In this document: positions 1-9,274 of the stretch, piece by piece | Layout of the letters: every line of letters begins with the position of its first letter | Position numbering within the stretch: position 1 is the first letter of the stretch | Origin: an uncultured Gallionellaceae bacterium | Lineage (GTDB): Bacteria; Pseudomonadota; Gammaproteobacteria; Burkholderiales; Gallionellaceae | Assembly: GCA_903913145.1 (NCBI GenBank) | Contig: CAIWKC010000144.1 | Location: forward strand, 1 to 51,128 | Reading direction: 5' to 3' | Length of the DNA stretch: 51,128 nt | Program-made: the position numbers and the translations under genes | The notes under the pieces: model-generated | Told to the model about the DNA's origin: nothing | The model's database searches: none | The model's input: the letters and a program-made list of their open reading frames with translations, nothing else

Positions 1-151
1 AATAGCACCAAGAAGCGAGGCGCATGGACAAGAGTAAGTTTCAATCCTTTGATATCTCTCTCTCCCGCCAAACTATGCGCCTCACTTGTTGGTGTTAAGT
101 CAGCATAAAGTCAGTAGACACTTTGTAAGCCAATAGAATAAACGTTTCAAT

Positions 152-199
152 TGGATTGCAAATCCACTTAGCCCAGTTCGACTCTGGGTCGCACCTCCA
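152..199 (+). other. Partial tRNA-Cys(GCA): 3-prime 48 nt only (anticodon arm, variable loop, T-arm, acceptor 3-prime strand, CCA); putative att core
   Basis: The anticodon loop is TTGCAAA at 156-162 (GCA at 158-160). The T-arm is CCCAG-TTCGACT-CTGGG at 172-188, followed by acceptor TCGCACC, discriminator T and CCA at 197-199. Upstream sequence 126-151 is AT-rich, with no D-arm and no GGTGCGA 5-prime acceptor strand. Confidence 0.8.
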
Positions 200-390
200 A
201 AATAATCATGCACTTAGCTACATTTCCGATAATTCTCTGTTGCATTTTCCCCCACTAAGTACCATTATTACCCTCTGGTAATCGATCTCTGGGCGGTTAA
301 ACCGCCCGTTAGTTGGACAATCGTGCATCTACGTGAGTTTTGGCAGGACACATAATTTAAAGAAAGTGTGTTTTACTTGGGAGAGTAATT

Positions 391-1476
391 GTGGCTTATC
401 GTCGTCAAAGAAGTAACGGCTCGTGGGAGTTTCAAATCAAGCGCGCCATTCTACCAAAACCCATCACCTTGACATTCGATACCGAAGCAGAGGGTGACAC
501 TTACTGCAAGCAGTTGGAGAAGTTATTGGACGCCGGCATCGTCCCGGAAGAATTCAGATCGAAGTCTGAAAAATCCATCAAAACTATCGGTCAAGCAATT
601 GATGCATACATTGCAACAGTTCATATCACGGATGATGATGAGCTTTTACTCGGTAAGCTGAATAGATCATTGAATAGTAAATCACTGGCAGACGTGAACT
701 ATAGATGGGCAGAACAATGGATTAAAGAGCTTCATGCCATGGGATATGCACCTTCATCTACCCGCAAGAGAGTGGGCGCTTTGGCGCGGTGTTTTGACTG
801 GGTATTGAAGCGGTCTGATACGATGTTGGCAATTAACCCTTTGCGCCAACTCCCGAAGGGTTACGCGACAGTAAGAAGTGGCGCGCAGGATCAGGAGCGG
901 GATCGCCGTCTGCAGCCTGGCGAAGAAGAAAAGATTATGGCCATACTCAGACGCGAGAAGCCAAAAGGTCGTCAGCGTCCACTGGCCTTAAAGTACCATC
1001 AGGACTTTATACTTTTCTTTCATCTCGCTCTCGAAACCGCCATGAGAATGCGAGAGATGTATACTCTGATACGTGATCAAATAAACTTTGAGCAGAGAAC
1101 TATTTTTCTGACAAAGACCAAGAACGGTGACAACAGGCAAGTCCCCATGAGTTCAATCATTTTACCATTGTTAAAACAACATCTTGAGAGTAAAGACGAC
1201 GATAACGTGTTTGCGTTTTGGGATGGGAAAACTGATCCATATTCCCTTAAAAACTTCACGACCAGGTTGTCTGCACAATGGAAAAGGATATTTTCTGCGG
1301 CTGAGTGTGATGATCTGCACCTGCATGACCTGCGCCATGAGGCTACCAGTCGATTGTATGAACGAACCAAGTTTACTGATATACAGATCAGCAGAATTAC
1401 GGGTCACAAAAACCTTCAAATGCTTCGTCGATATTCAAATTTGAGGGGTTCGACAATGGCAGAGGAGATGTGGTGA
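391..1476 (+). CDS. int: Tyrosine recombinase / phage integrase
   Basis: GTG start with GGGAGAG 5 nt upstream. The C-terminal catalytic pattern is HDLRHEATSRL ... GHKNLQMLRRYSNL (HxxR ... Y). It lies about 190 nt from the tRNA-derived core. Confidence 0.93.
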   Translation: MAYRRQRSNGSWEFQIKRAILPKPITLTFDTEAEGDTYCKQLEKLLDAGIVPEEFRSKSEKSIKTIGQAIDAYIATVHITDDDELLLGKLNRSLNSKSLADVNYRWAEQWIKELHAMGYAPSSTRKRVGALARCFDWVLKRSDTMLAINPLRQLPKGYATVRSGAQDQERDRRLQPGEEEKIMAILRREKPKGRQRPLALKYHQDFILFFHLALETAMRMREMYTLIRDQINFEQRTIFLTKTKNGDNRQVPMSSIILPLLKQHLESKDDDNVFAFWDGKTDPYSLKNFTTRLSAQWKRIFSAAECDDLHLHDLRHEATSRLYERTKFTDIQISRITGHKNLQMLRRYSNLRGSTMAEEMW

Positions 1477-1730
1477 TGAAGATACTTTACATACTTCTGT
1501 TACTCATAGGTTGCAGTCCCACTGATAAACCGATACCTCATGTGCATAGATATGAGCAAAATTTAGACACGTTCAAATCTCATGTCTATATTATCAACGA
1601 AAATGAACACGTCACTGAATATACTATTCCGGGAAAGTACGCCCCGATTCAGTGTTGGGCTTTGGTAAATGATTTAAACCACACCCAGAGTCAACACTGT
1701 GATGAAGCTGGGGTGGATGAAAATCCTTAG
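1476..1730 (+). CDS. Small secreted lipoprotein (84 aa), possible superinfection-exclusion moron
   Basis: The ATG overlaps the int stop (TGATG), with GAGGAG 9 nt upstream. The N-terminus MKILYILLLLIGC has a lipobox (L-I-G-C). Confidence 0.7.
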   Translation: MKILYILLLLIGCSPTDKPIPHVHRYEQNLDTFKSHVYIINENEHVTEYTIPGKYAPIQCWALVNDLNHTQSQHCDEAGVDENP

Positions 1731-4700
1731 TACATCCCCGCTCTAGACTTTTCTTCTTCCGTACCGTTCTTCAACATTTCTTTTCTCATTGACTTCGTAG
1801 GTACAGTACGGATATTCCCATAAGAATTAATCTTCATGTTCGCTTCTTTAGGTGTCATTCCGATTACGTCCGTCATGATCTGGTAAGCTTTATCTGTATT
1901 GCCTTCTTTCAAAGCTTGGTTGACATCGGGCATGTGGTAATCTTTGGTGGCTTTGTAACGTTTCTCTTCCGCTCTGTACTCACCCATCAACTCACCACCG
2001 GTTGCACCTTTGGAAATAGGCACCCCAAGAATTGACATTTCAAGTTTTAGTTTGTCTACTTCAGTCGCATTCCCGTTGTGCCAATCATTGGCAGCTTTGA
2101 TTAGATCGGCAGGAATTTGGGACTTCATGAGCAACATGGCAGCATTACCGAGGTGCGTTACAGCCCCAGAAATTCCAGTTGCATCTGGATCAAATACTGG
2201 CCGGCCAAATCCTGCATCGTTGGTTGCAATTTGCACCAGAGGTTTAGCCAAGGTGCTCAGTTTCGATCCAGCCTTATCGACTGGGTGCTCCATCCAGCCG
2301 GTCATTTCCTCACCGATCTTACCAAACGATAATCTAGCGTATTCAGCGGTGCCATCTTTATCATGGCCTATCAAGATACGATTCTCTTTGCCGGGTTCAT
2401 TATCCCCCGAAGAAGATAGTGACATCAGCGCATCCAAAGGATGATTCAAAGTATCGTAAGGTTTATCTTTGAGCTTATGTCCCAGCGCGCCAAGACGATC
2501 CAAGAATGTTTTCTCATTCTCATCATCCGTTGTTCCTCTCAGATAGTTCATCGCAGACTGACCTAAAGAGGTAATGGCAACCATCATTCCAATATCTACT
2601 ATGAGAGCTTCGGCTGATTTGTATCGACCGACTTTAGTTGCAGACTTTAATGTGGCACTGGCTTGCGTGGAGGCATCTTCCGCAGACTTTCCTAATGCCA
2701 TTTGAGCTTTCTGTGCATCGACTAAAATTTTCGATTTAACGTCCTTTGGCAAGCCTGTCAGAGAATCTTTCATGGCACCCAAGTTACCCAAAGTAAACGA
2801 CTTGGAGAACATCACGAGGTTGGCAACTTTCCCAGCCCAGCCAGGCACCGACTCGGGCTTGATCGCACCTGCGTATCGATTGGCAAAGTGAGCGGCCATC
2901 ACCCCAGCGGTAGAGGCATTAAATCCTTTCTTCATCAGGTCGGCTTTGTAGTAGGTATAAATTCCCATCTGCAAATCACCGATTCTGTCCCACAGTAAAG
3001 TACCGTGCCAGAAATTTCCAAAGGCATCAGCGCCTTTCTTGAATCCCTCACCGGCTGATTTATTTACTTTGCCAATTACATTACCTACTGCACGAGTAGC
3101 CCAAGCTTTACCCGGTTGTAGATCATCTCCTGAAACCATCCCGGTTAATTCAGGCATACCTTGTGATCCGTGAATCCGGACTACCCCATCAGAGATAGCT
3201 TGTCTCATGGTAGTAGGGTCGTTTTTGGCTCGGTTACCCACAAACCACACTGCAACTATTCTGTGTTTCAAGATTGGAGCGGCACGACCGATTTCCGTCA
3301 TCAAGTGAGTGAATGGCGAGAACATAATCGCACTCATTGCCGCACCTTTAATTCCCATCAAAGCTTTATACCATTCAGGATTCTTTTCCGTCATGATTGA
3401 TTTCAACGGGCCTTCAAATTCTTTCCGAATGTAGATTGGCACTCTGTCGACTACCGGCTTACCATCTTGGTCTTTGACGATTTGAGGTTTTCCGTACTCG
3501 TCTAATTTTAATTCCCCATTTTCTTTCAGCATGCGCACTTGCTTGGTGTAGAAAGCGGGATTCTCTGGAATCGTAAAATACTGCGGATCATCGGCTTTTC
3601 CTTCAGCGACCAACTCTTCACCCTGATCTTTTCCTGCCTTCTTAATTTCGTTGATCAGTCTGCGCCCGGCAATTGCTCTTTGTAATTTCTGCATCGCCAA
3701 TGGCATCGCGCGAATATCTCTGACGTACTGAGCATCTTCTCCAAACTTGGCTTTGAGTGCTGCTTCGGACTCGTCCAATGTTTCATGTTTTCTGAATTTG
3801 AGATTCTGTGAGTTGGTTCTGATACCTCCAGTTTGCACATCGAATTCATGATTTCCGACTGAGGTGACATCGCCGCCCTTCATGTTGATAGCGGTACGTG
3901 GCACCCAGTAAGGAACACCTTCACCTTCGACCATACCCAATTTCTGCGCTTCCTTAAACAAGGCTTGTGCATGGGCATTCATCCAATCCATGACGGCTTT
4001 CATTTTCTCTGAGAGAGCGTTGACACCTTTACCTTCGATACTTTCTCCACGCAGAAGTAGTTCGTTCGTCTTATGTCCCGCTTCAAACATTTGCTTGCGC
4101 TCTTCCGGGGTGAAATTCTCTACCAACTTTTTGTCGAGAAGTTCCCAGTCGTAATCCGCTTTGCGTTGTGCAGCAGCAAAATCGAATCCGGTCGCTCTGG
4201 CGCGGTCTGAACCGAGTGAGAGAGGAGAAGTGACACTCAGAACTGAGTCGATTGTTTTAGTTGTGGCATCTTTGACATTTGAAGCCAACTCTCTACCCGG
4301 CATCTTGAATCCTGAATTGTTGTCATGCATTTCCAATTCTTTTTCTGATTCGTTGACGGGTTCGTTTCTGGAGAATAATGGCAGACCTTCGGTGGATACT
4401 TTTTCTTTTAAAGCGGGAGTGATGTCGAATCCTTGCTGTTTAGATTCTCCGATCTGGCGAATTTCATCAGATGGACTTTCCATATATTTTTTGGCTTCCG
4501 CAATACTATCAAATGGACCAGCATAAGATTCGTTAGAACCCTTCCGATAAATATCAAACATGTGAGAGTACCGATCACTACTCGTATTCATCGAAACATC
4601 ACCAACCTTACCACCCGACTTCTTCAATATATCGTTGGCAACTTGCGGAACGATCTGGTCGTAGTATGAATGCATACCCTCTCCGCCAACTTGCAGGTCG

Positions 4701-7120
4701 AGTCCTTTTAGGGATGCCTTCCCTTCCGATTCAATTTGTGTGCGCGCTTTGTCTGCAGCGTCTTTGCCGATGATGTCATCTAGCTCAGAAAGATTTGAGA
4801 TGCGTTTATTGACTACGTCAAAACCGTTGTGATTGAATGCTTGAACTTTGTAATCTGTGCCAGTTGGTGTGACTGATGAATGATCGTAGGTATTAATTCC
4901 TGATACTTTAATTTCAGAAATCGTTTTCGCTAAATTGTACCGTTCAGCTTGTTGCTTACCATTCGTCCAAGCGATGCGGTCGAAGCCGTGGTCTACTGCA
5001 TACGCAATCATTCGCTTCAGCGACAGAGCAGTGACTGATTTAGTATCTCCAATGAATGGCGCATCAGAAACATCATTTCCTTTGCGTTTCGATTGTTGCC
5101 AATCTGACTGCAACTCTTCCAGAAATAATACTTTGCGTCCTTCTGAATCAGTGCGCTCGTTGAAGCGGATGTGGGCGAGGATGTTGGGTTGGTCGAAGTG
5201 GGAAGATTGGAAATTGGTTCCGCGCTGATTCTCGGCATATTTAAATGCTTCAGCTTTATCGTCAGCCATTTTTTCTGGGAAGCTGATCGTGGTACCGTCA
5301 GCCATTTTGACATCCCAATTATGTCCATAACTTATCGCAGATTCTGCTTTGACTCCGTTTGTTTTTGGCAACGTCAGCAACAACTCTTTGTAATTCTTTC
5401 CACCGGGAGTTTGGTAGTCTTGATATTGAGCAGTTCCATAATTACTTTGGAATGCATCTCTCAAATTTGTCGGCAAATCCTCTTCTTGAACCCAATCGCC
5501 ATTTTCATCTTTGAATAGAATGTCGCCACGGTCATTAATTAATTGGTATCCGTGTTTGTCAAATATAGGTTCCATACTGCGAACAATCTCATCCGCACTT
5601 TTTGACTCATGCAAAGTAGTCTCATGAACCTGCACACCATTCCCCTTGAGGAATTCTTGTATCTGTTCTTTGGAAACTTTAGGCTGAGTTTTTACCCAAT
5701 CGGACAATCCTGTCCAATAAATTTCATCTTTCTTGACGCCGAGCTTGGATGCGTTGGCATCCAGCCACATTGAGACTTCCTTGCCAGACTTATTTAATAA
5801 ACGGTCTGGCGTGGAGTCGATTGATTTACTTAGTTGGGAGTAGAACGGAGATTCTTTTCTATCGCTAGATTCTTCCTCAGTTCTTGAATATTGCAGTTCT
5901 TTAAGCTCTGGAATCGATGGAAGGCCGATTTGTTTAAGATGGCTAACAAGGGCGGTTCTAGCTGATCCAGTTCTTGTTCTGAGTAAGGTGTTTGTGAGTG
6001 CCGCTCTTTTAAGCGATGCCACTCCTCCCGAGCCTTCGCGAAATTCCTCGAGTGCTGGGTTGTGAAGCCGATTGGCGAGCGAAACGAAGTCGTCGTTTGT
6101 GAAGACTCGTCCGTCTGCTCGGTGGAATTGGTGATCTCTTGGCCAGTAGGTGACATTTTTTATCTCCGGTGCATCTAAGGTAGTCAGATGATAGGACGCC
6201 TGTAGAGTTTCGTCAAGATTATGCATGGTGTCGCCATTTTGCCTCCAATCCATCGGCACCCCTGTTTCCTGCGCAATGTACGCTCTCTGCGTAGGATGGG
6301 GAGCGATGAACTTTGAAGTACCAAACTTCAATATCTGACTAGCCATATTCTCGGTGCGGCGTTTCATTCCCGGAACGCTAATTCCCTTTCGGTCACCATT
6401 GAACTGGTATCCATTATTGTGCGCCCAGTTATGAGCAATATTATAAATCTGCGATCCACCGTGACCCTCACCCACACCCATTACATTAATCTCAACTACC
6501 TTGGAATCATGGAACACACTGATATATGCATCCTTGGTAATAATTTTATCGTTCTTTTCAATCGGTAACCCGATGCGAAAAAGTTGTTCATCCGGAGCCA
6601 AGTTGCTTCCGGTATACATTCTAGTGACATCTTTTACCGTGGCGTTCTCATTGGTAGCCTTGGCAATTTCAGACATTTCTTTTGAAGTAGAAGTAGAGTG
6701 TTGAAAAGCATCTGCATGCGCTGAATAGTCAATCCACATTTGACGCACAGCTTTACGCTCATCATCGGTCCACTTTCTAGGCGCGTTTTTGTCTGGATTC
6801 TCGCCATCCAACGGTTCAAGATTTTGACCATGTACCAAATCATGTAGCCAGCTATCGCTACCCTCTTCATCTTTACTGAACTGAGCCTCACCTTCCTTCG
6901 CGATTAAATCAGGATGCTGTTCGGCAATTAATTTATGAAAATCTTCCCTATCCTGACGGAGTTCTGCCAGCATATCTTTGACGGCCATCGAGTGAGCTTT
7001 GGAAGCGGGGACTCCATCGTCCATATACTTGTCGGCTCGACCCAGCAAATCGTTCTGATCATGTTCTGGTAGATCGTTTACAATTTGTAAACACTTGGAC
7101 ATCTTTAAATTCATCGCCAT
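1727..7120 (-). CDS. Giant multidomain (polyvalent-type) virion/ejected protein, 1797 aa
   Basis: Unbroken 5.4-kb ORF whose start overlaps the upstream gene by 10 nt. It contains the motif FLEELQSDWQQ and hydrophobic C-terminal-half segments (GIKGAAMSAIMFSPFTHLM). It is the last gene of the late strand. Confidence 0.85.
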   Translation of the reverse strand: MAMNLKMSKCLQIVNDLPEHDQNDLLGRADKYMDDGVPASKAHSMAVKDMLAELRQDREDFHKLIAEQHPDLIAKEGEAQFSKDEEGSDSWLHDLVHGQNLEPLDGENPDKNAPRKWTDDERKAVRQMWIDYSAHADAFQHSTSTSKEMSEIAKATNENATVKDVTRMYTGSNLAPDEQLFRIGLPIEKNDKIITKDAYISVFHDSKVVEINVMGVGEGHGGSQIYNIAHNWAHNNGYQFNGDRKGISVPGMKRRTENMASQILKFGTSKFIAPHPTQRAYIAQETGVPMDWRQNGDTMHNLDETLQASYHLTTLDAPEIKNVTYWPRDHQFHRADGRVFTNDDFVSLANRLHNPALEEFREGSGGVASLKRAALTNTLLRTRTGSARTALVSHLKQIGLPSIPELKELQYSRTEEESSDRKESPFYSQLSKSIDSTPDRLLNKSGKEVSMWLDANASKLGVKKDEIYWTGLSDWVKTQPKVSKEQIQEFLKGNGVQVHETTLHESKSADEIVRSMEPIFDKHGYQLINDRGDILFKDENGDWVQEEDLPTNLRDAFQSNYGTAQYQDYQTPGGKNYKELLLTLPKTNGVKAESAISYGHNWDVKMADGTTISFPEKMADDKAEAFKYAENQRGTNFQSSHFDQPNILAHIRFNERTDSEGRKVLFLEELQSDWQQSKRKGNDVSDAPFIGDTKSVTALSLKRMIAYAVDHGFDRIAWTNGKQQAERYNLAKTISEIKVSGINTYDHSSVTPTGTDYKVQAFNHNGFDVVNKRISNLSELDDIIGKDAADKARTQIESEGKASLKGLDLQVGGEGMHSYYDQIVPQVANDILKKSGGKVGDVSMNTSSDRYSHMFDIYRKGSNESYAGPFDSIAEAKKYMESPSDEIRQIGESKQQGFDITPALKEKVSTEGLPLFSRNEPVNESEKELEMHDNNSGFKMPGRELASNVKDATTKTIDSVLSVTSPLSLGSDRARATGFDFAAAQRKADYDWELLDKKLVENFTPEERKQMFEAGHKTNELLLRGESIEGKGVNALSEKMKAVMDWMNAHAQALFKEAQKLGMVEGEGVPYWVPRTAINMKGGDVTSVGNHEFDVQTGGIRTNSQNLKFRKHETLDESEAALKAKFGEDAQYVRDIRAMPLAMQKLQRAIAGRRLINEIKKAGKDQGEELVAEGKADDPQYFTIPENPAFYTKQVRMLKENGELKLDEYGKPQIVKDQDGKPVVDRVPIYIRKEFEGPLKSIMTEKNPEWYKALMGIKGAAMSAIMFSPFTHLMTEIGRAAPILKHRIVAVWFVGNRAKNDPTTMRQAISDGVVRIHGSQGMPELTGMVSGDDLQPGKAWATRAVGNVIGKVNKSAGEGFKKGADAFGNFWHGTLLWDRIGDLQMGIYTYYKADLMKKGFNASTAGVMAAHFANRYAGAIKPESVPGWAGKVANLVMFSKSFTLGNLGAMKDSLTGLPKDVKSKILVDAQKAQMALGKSAEDASTQASATLKSATKVGRYKSAEALIVDIGMMVAITSLGQSAMNYLRGTTDDENEKTFLDRLGALGHKLKDKPYDTLNHPLDALMSLSSSGDNEPGKENRILIGHDKDGTAEYARLSFGKIGEEMTGWMEHPVDKAGSKLSTLAKPLVQIATNDAGFGRPVFDPDATGISGAVTHLGNAAMLLMKSQIPADLIKAANDWHNGNATEVDKLKLEMSILGVPISKGATGGELMGEYRAEEKRYKATKDYHMPDVNQALKEGNTDKAYQIMTDVIGMTPKEANMKINSYGNIRTVPTKSMRKEMLKNGTEEEKSRAGMY

Positions 7121-8295
7121 ATTCTCATTGCTCCAGAGGTCATCGCTTGTGCTACCAGCAATGTAATGATTTCGTCTTCTTCAATAATCTGATCATTCAA
7201 TGCCCAGTCCACTTTCGGAGCGGGTTCCATGAAATTACCGTAGTTCTTTTTCTTGCCCGAGTAACCTTTCCCATACTGCATGTTTGCAGCAAAGAAACAT
7301 TGATCAGGGTTTTCCGTTACATTAACAACAGCACCAATCGTTATTCCACCTGAATCTATCGCACCCAGTGCTACATCAGGTAGTTCGGTAACATTTACGT
7401 TACTGTCTGCAAATACATCCAATACCACGGCAGAAATATCTGGAGTTTCTGTTGCCGCTACGGAGGCATTGATACTTGATGTGCTGATAGTAACGTTTGC
7501 CGTTACTAGATCGGGTGTTTCTGTGCTGTTTGTAACTGAATCAACTTGTATCGATACCGCCGAGGCAGAGGTATCTAGAAGTTCTGTTGAGCTAACAGCG
7601 GCCCCAATTTGGGTATCAATATTCCCAATTGAGGTATCTGAATTTTCTGTAACACTGACAGTTGAATCGACCGATGGGGATACACTAATTGATGCAGTGT
7701 CATTACCCTCTGTTGCGGTGACAGAAGCGTTATTCCCTGTCGAGGTAATGGTGACATTGACGACTGCAGTGTCGACAGATTCTGTAGCAGAAGTCGTCGC
7801 CGAAATACTGATTACGACAGAAGATGAAACTGTATCTGCTAACTCTGTTGAGGTCGTTGATGTATCAATATTGATACTACTTGAACCTGATGCAGTGTCT
7901 GCTGTTTCAGTTGAAGCTGTAGTACTTGCAACTAAAATTGAAACATTTGCAACGGACGTATCCGCAAGTTCAGTAACTACCGTCGATGCGCCAATTAAAA
8001 TATTGGCTGAAGCTACCGCAGTATCGGAAGGTTCAGTTTGGGCTGTTGAAGCATTGACAAGAACATTGACAGAGGAAACTGAAGTATCGGCAAGTTCAGT
8101 TGATACAATACTTGAACCAACCTGAACATTAACTGATGCGACCGACAGGTCAACTGTTTCTGTTGCGGATACACTGGACCCAATTGAGGGGCCGGCTAAT
8201 ACGACAGCAGTATCAAGTGTCTCAGTGGCCGATACCGCACCACTAATTGAAGACGAGCTACTACCCTGCCATAAAGACTGAAGCGAGAGTAGCAT
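7111..8295 (-). CDS. Tandem-repeat structural protein (about 15 x 21-aa TE-x-D repeats), probably fibrous
   Basis: 394-aa ORF. The repeat unit resembles S-x-x-(S/A)TE-x-(A/V/P)D-T-(S/A)-V-x-x-V-x-(I/V)-x-(V/I)-x-x, with period 21 (occasionally 24) aa. The C-terminal 60 aa are unique. Confidence 0.85.
   Translation of the reverse strand: MLLSLQSLWQGSSSSSISGAVSATETLDTAVVLAGPSIGSSVSATETVDLSVASVNVQVGSSIVSTELADTSVSSVNVLVNASTAQTEPSDTAVASANILIGASTVVTELADTSVANVSILVASTTASTETADTASGSSSINIDTSTTSTELADTVSSSVVISISATTSATESVDTAVVNVTITSTGNNASVTATEGNDTASISVSPSVDSTVSVTENSDTSIGNIDTQIGAAVSSTELLDTSASAVSIQVDSVTNSTETPDLVTANVTISTSSINASVAATETPDISAVVLDVFADSNVNVTELPDVALGAIDSGGITIGAVVNVTENPDQCFFAANMQYGKGYSGKKKNYGNFMEPAPKVDWALNDQIIEEDEIITLLVAQAMTSGAMRIWR
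7303..8247 (-). repeat. Degenerate 63-nt (occasionally 72-nt) coding tandem repeat array, about 15 units
   Basis: The TE dipeptide recurs at residues 24, 45, 66, 87, 108, 129, 150, 171, 195, 216, 237, 258, 282, 303 and 327 of the 394-aa protein. Confidence 0.85.
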
Positions 8296-8302
8296 GACTT
8301 AC

Positions 8303-8938
8303 TTAGATTGGCAGTTCAAGCCATTCTGTAAAGGCCGAGATGATGTGAGTCGTACCTGCCGCCGTACAGCACAGAGCTATCATTGAACCCGGCGCAATAA
8401 TCAAATCACCTTTGTGTTCTTCTTCAAACGAATAGATACCTGCACCAACCGCTATTGCCGCAGCACCACCCAATACACGGTAAGCCGTTCCTACGGTGGA
8501 ACCTGCAACCGCTATGTTGTTAAACAAGTGAGCTACTGAAGCCGCACCGCCCCCAACAATATTAGATTGAGGAACTGTAAATGTTGCCGTAATGTTTGCA
8601 GGGTTAGGAACTAAATTCCACAACAACGGGCCGCCCGGTGTACCGGATGTCGTTGTGCTTTTGGTCTTCACCAAAATAATATTTTTGCCTGAGTTGGCAG
8701 GGTTATAAATGCTCAGTATCGGGGTACCCGTTGCCGCCGTTAATGGACTTGCATGGGTAGCAGCCAGTGTTACAGCGTTGACAAAAGCAGAAAACATAAA
8801 TCCTGCTTGATTGGCCTCGGCATACTGTGGTATCAACTCAGAAACGAGAACTTCGTTAAGCCACCCTTGAGCGATGTTGTTCTGTCCGGACTTGTTTGAC
8901 TGAGTTGGTATTGCGCCTGCTTGTGCTTGTATTAACAT
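8303..8938 (-). CDS. Hypothetical virion protein (211 aa)
   Basis: ATG with AGGAG 6 nt upstream. It lies in an operon with the neighbouring structural-type genes. Confidence 0.75.
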   Translation of the reverse strand: MLIQAQAGAIPTQSNKSGQNNIAQGWLNEVLVSELIPQYAEANQAGFMFSAFVNAVTLAATHASPLTAATGTPILSIYNPANSGKNIILVKTKSTTTSGTPGGPLLWNLVPNPANITATFTVPQSNIVGGGAASVAHLFNNIAVAGSTVGTAYRVLGGAAAIAVGAGIYSFEEEHKGDLIIAPGSMIALCCTAAGTTHIISAFTEWLELPI

Positions 8939-8950
8939 TTGATTCTCCTA

Positions 8951-9274
8951 TTAAGTTTGTGCGAAAGTGGCTGGATCGTTTCTCATGGCTTGCAGGTCAT
9001 CACGGACACGGAATTCTGAAGCAATGAGTGTGTTCAAAATTCTTAATTCGATTAGGATTAGCTTGAGTAAATCCTCATCCTCTTCGCCTTCTGCCGGGTA
9101 TTGAGACTCAACCAGCAACGCCCCGTTTTCAGTTCCTGACTGCCCATTTACCGGGTCGCCAATAACAACTGTTTGACGGTATTGAGTAGCGCCTGTTGTA
9201 GGGTTGGTGACCGTGAAAGCATCGATCTGCTTACCGCTTCCATCTACGGCAACTTGTACAAATGACTCAGCCAT
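8951..9274 (-). CDS. Hypothetical protein (107 aa, acidic)
   Basis: The start overlaps the upstream stop (TAATG). Confidence 0.7.
   Translation of the reverse strand: MAESFVQVAVDGSGKQIDAFTVTNPTTGATQYRQTVVIGDPVNGQSGTENGALLVESQYPAEGEEDEDLLKLILIELRILNTLIASEFRVRDDLQAMRNDPATFAQT

Noticed and set aside
89-199. A full-length or intron-containing tRNA starting at GGTG (position 89).
   Set aside because: The span would be 111 nt. It has no D-arm, and its 5-prime strand (GGTGTTA) does not pair with the acceptor 3-prime strand TCGCACC. Only the 3-prime 48 nt are tRNA-like.
7469-8125. A 218-aa plus-strand ORF antisense to the repeat protein gene.
   Set aside because: It is a shadow ORF kept open by the 63-nt periodic repeat. 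Its translation is the periodic complement (SV/TE/AV patterns). It has no RBS, and it runs opposite to the operon.
7303-8247. A possible CRISPR-like array, suggested by regular 63-nt periodicity.
   Set aside because: The repeats are degenerate, contiguous without unique spacers, and entirely inside a long ORF with a clear amino-acid periodicity. No cas genes are present.
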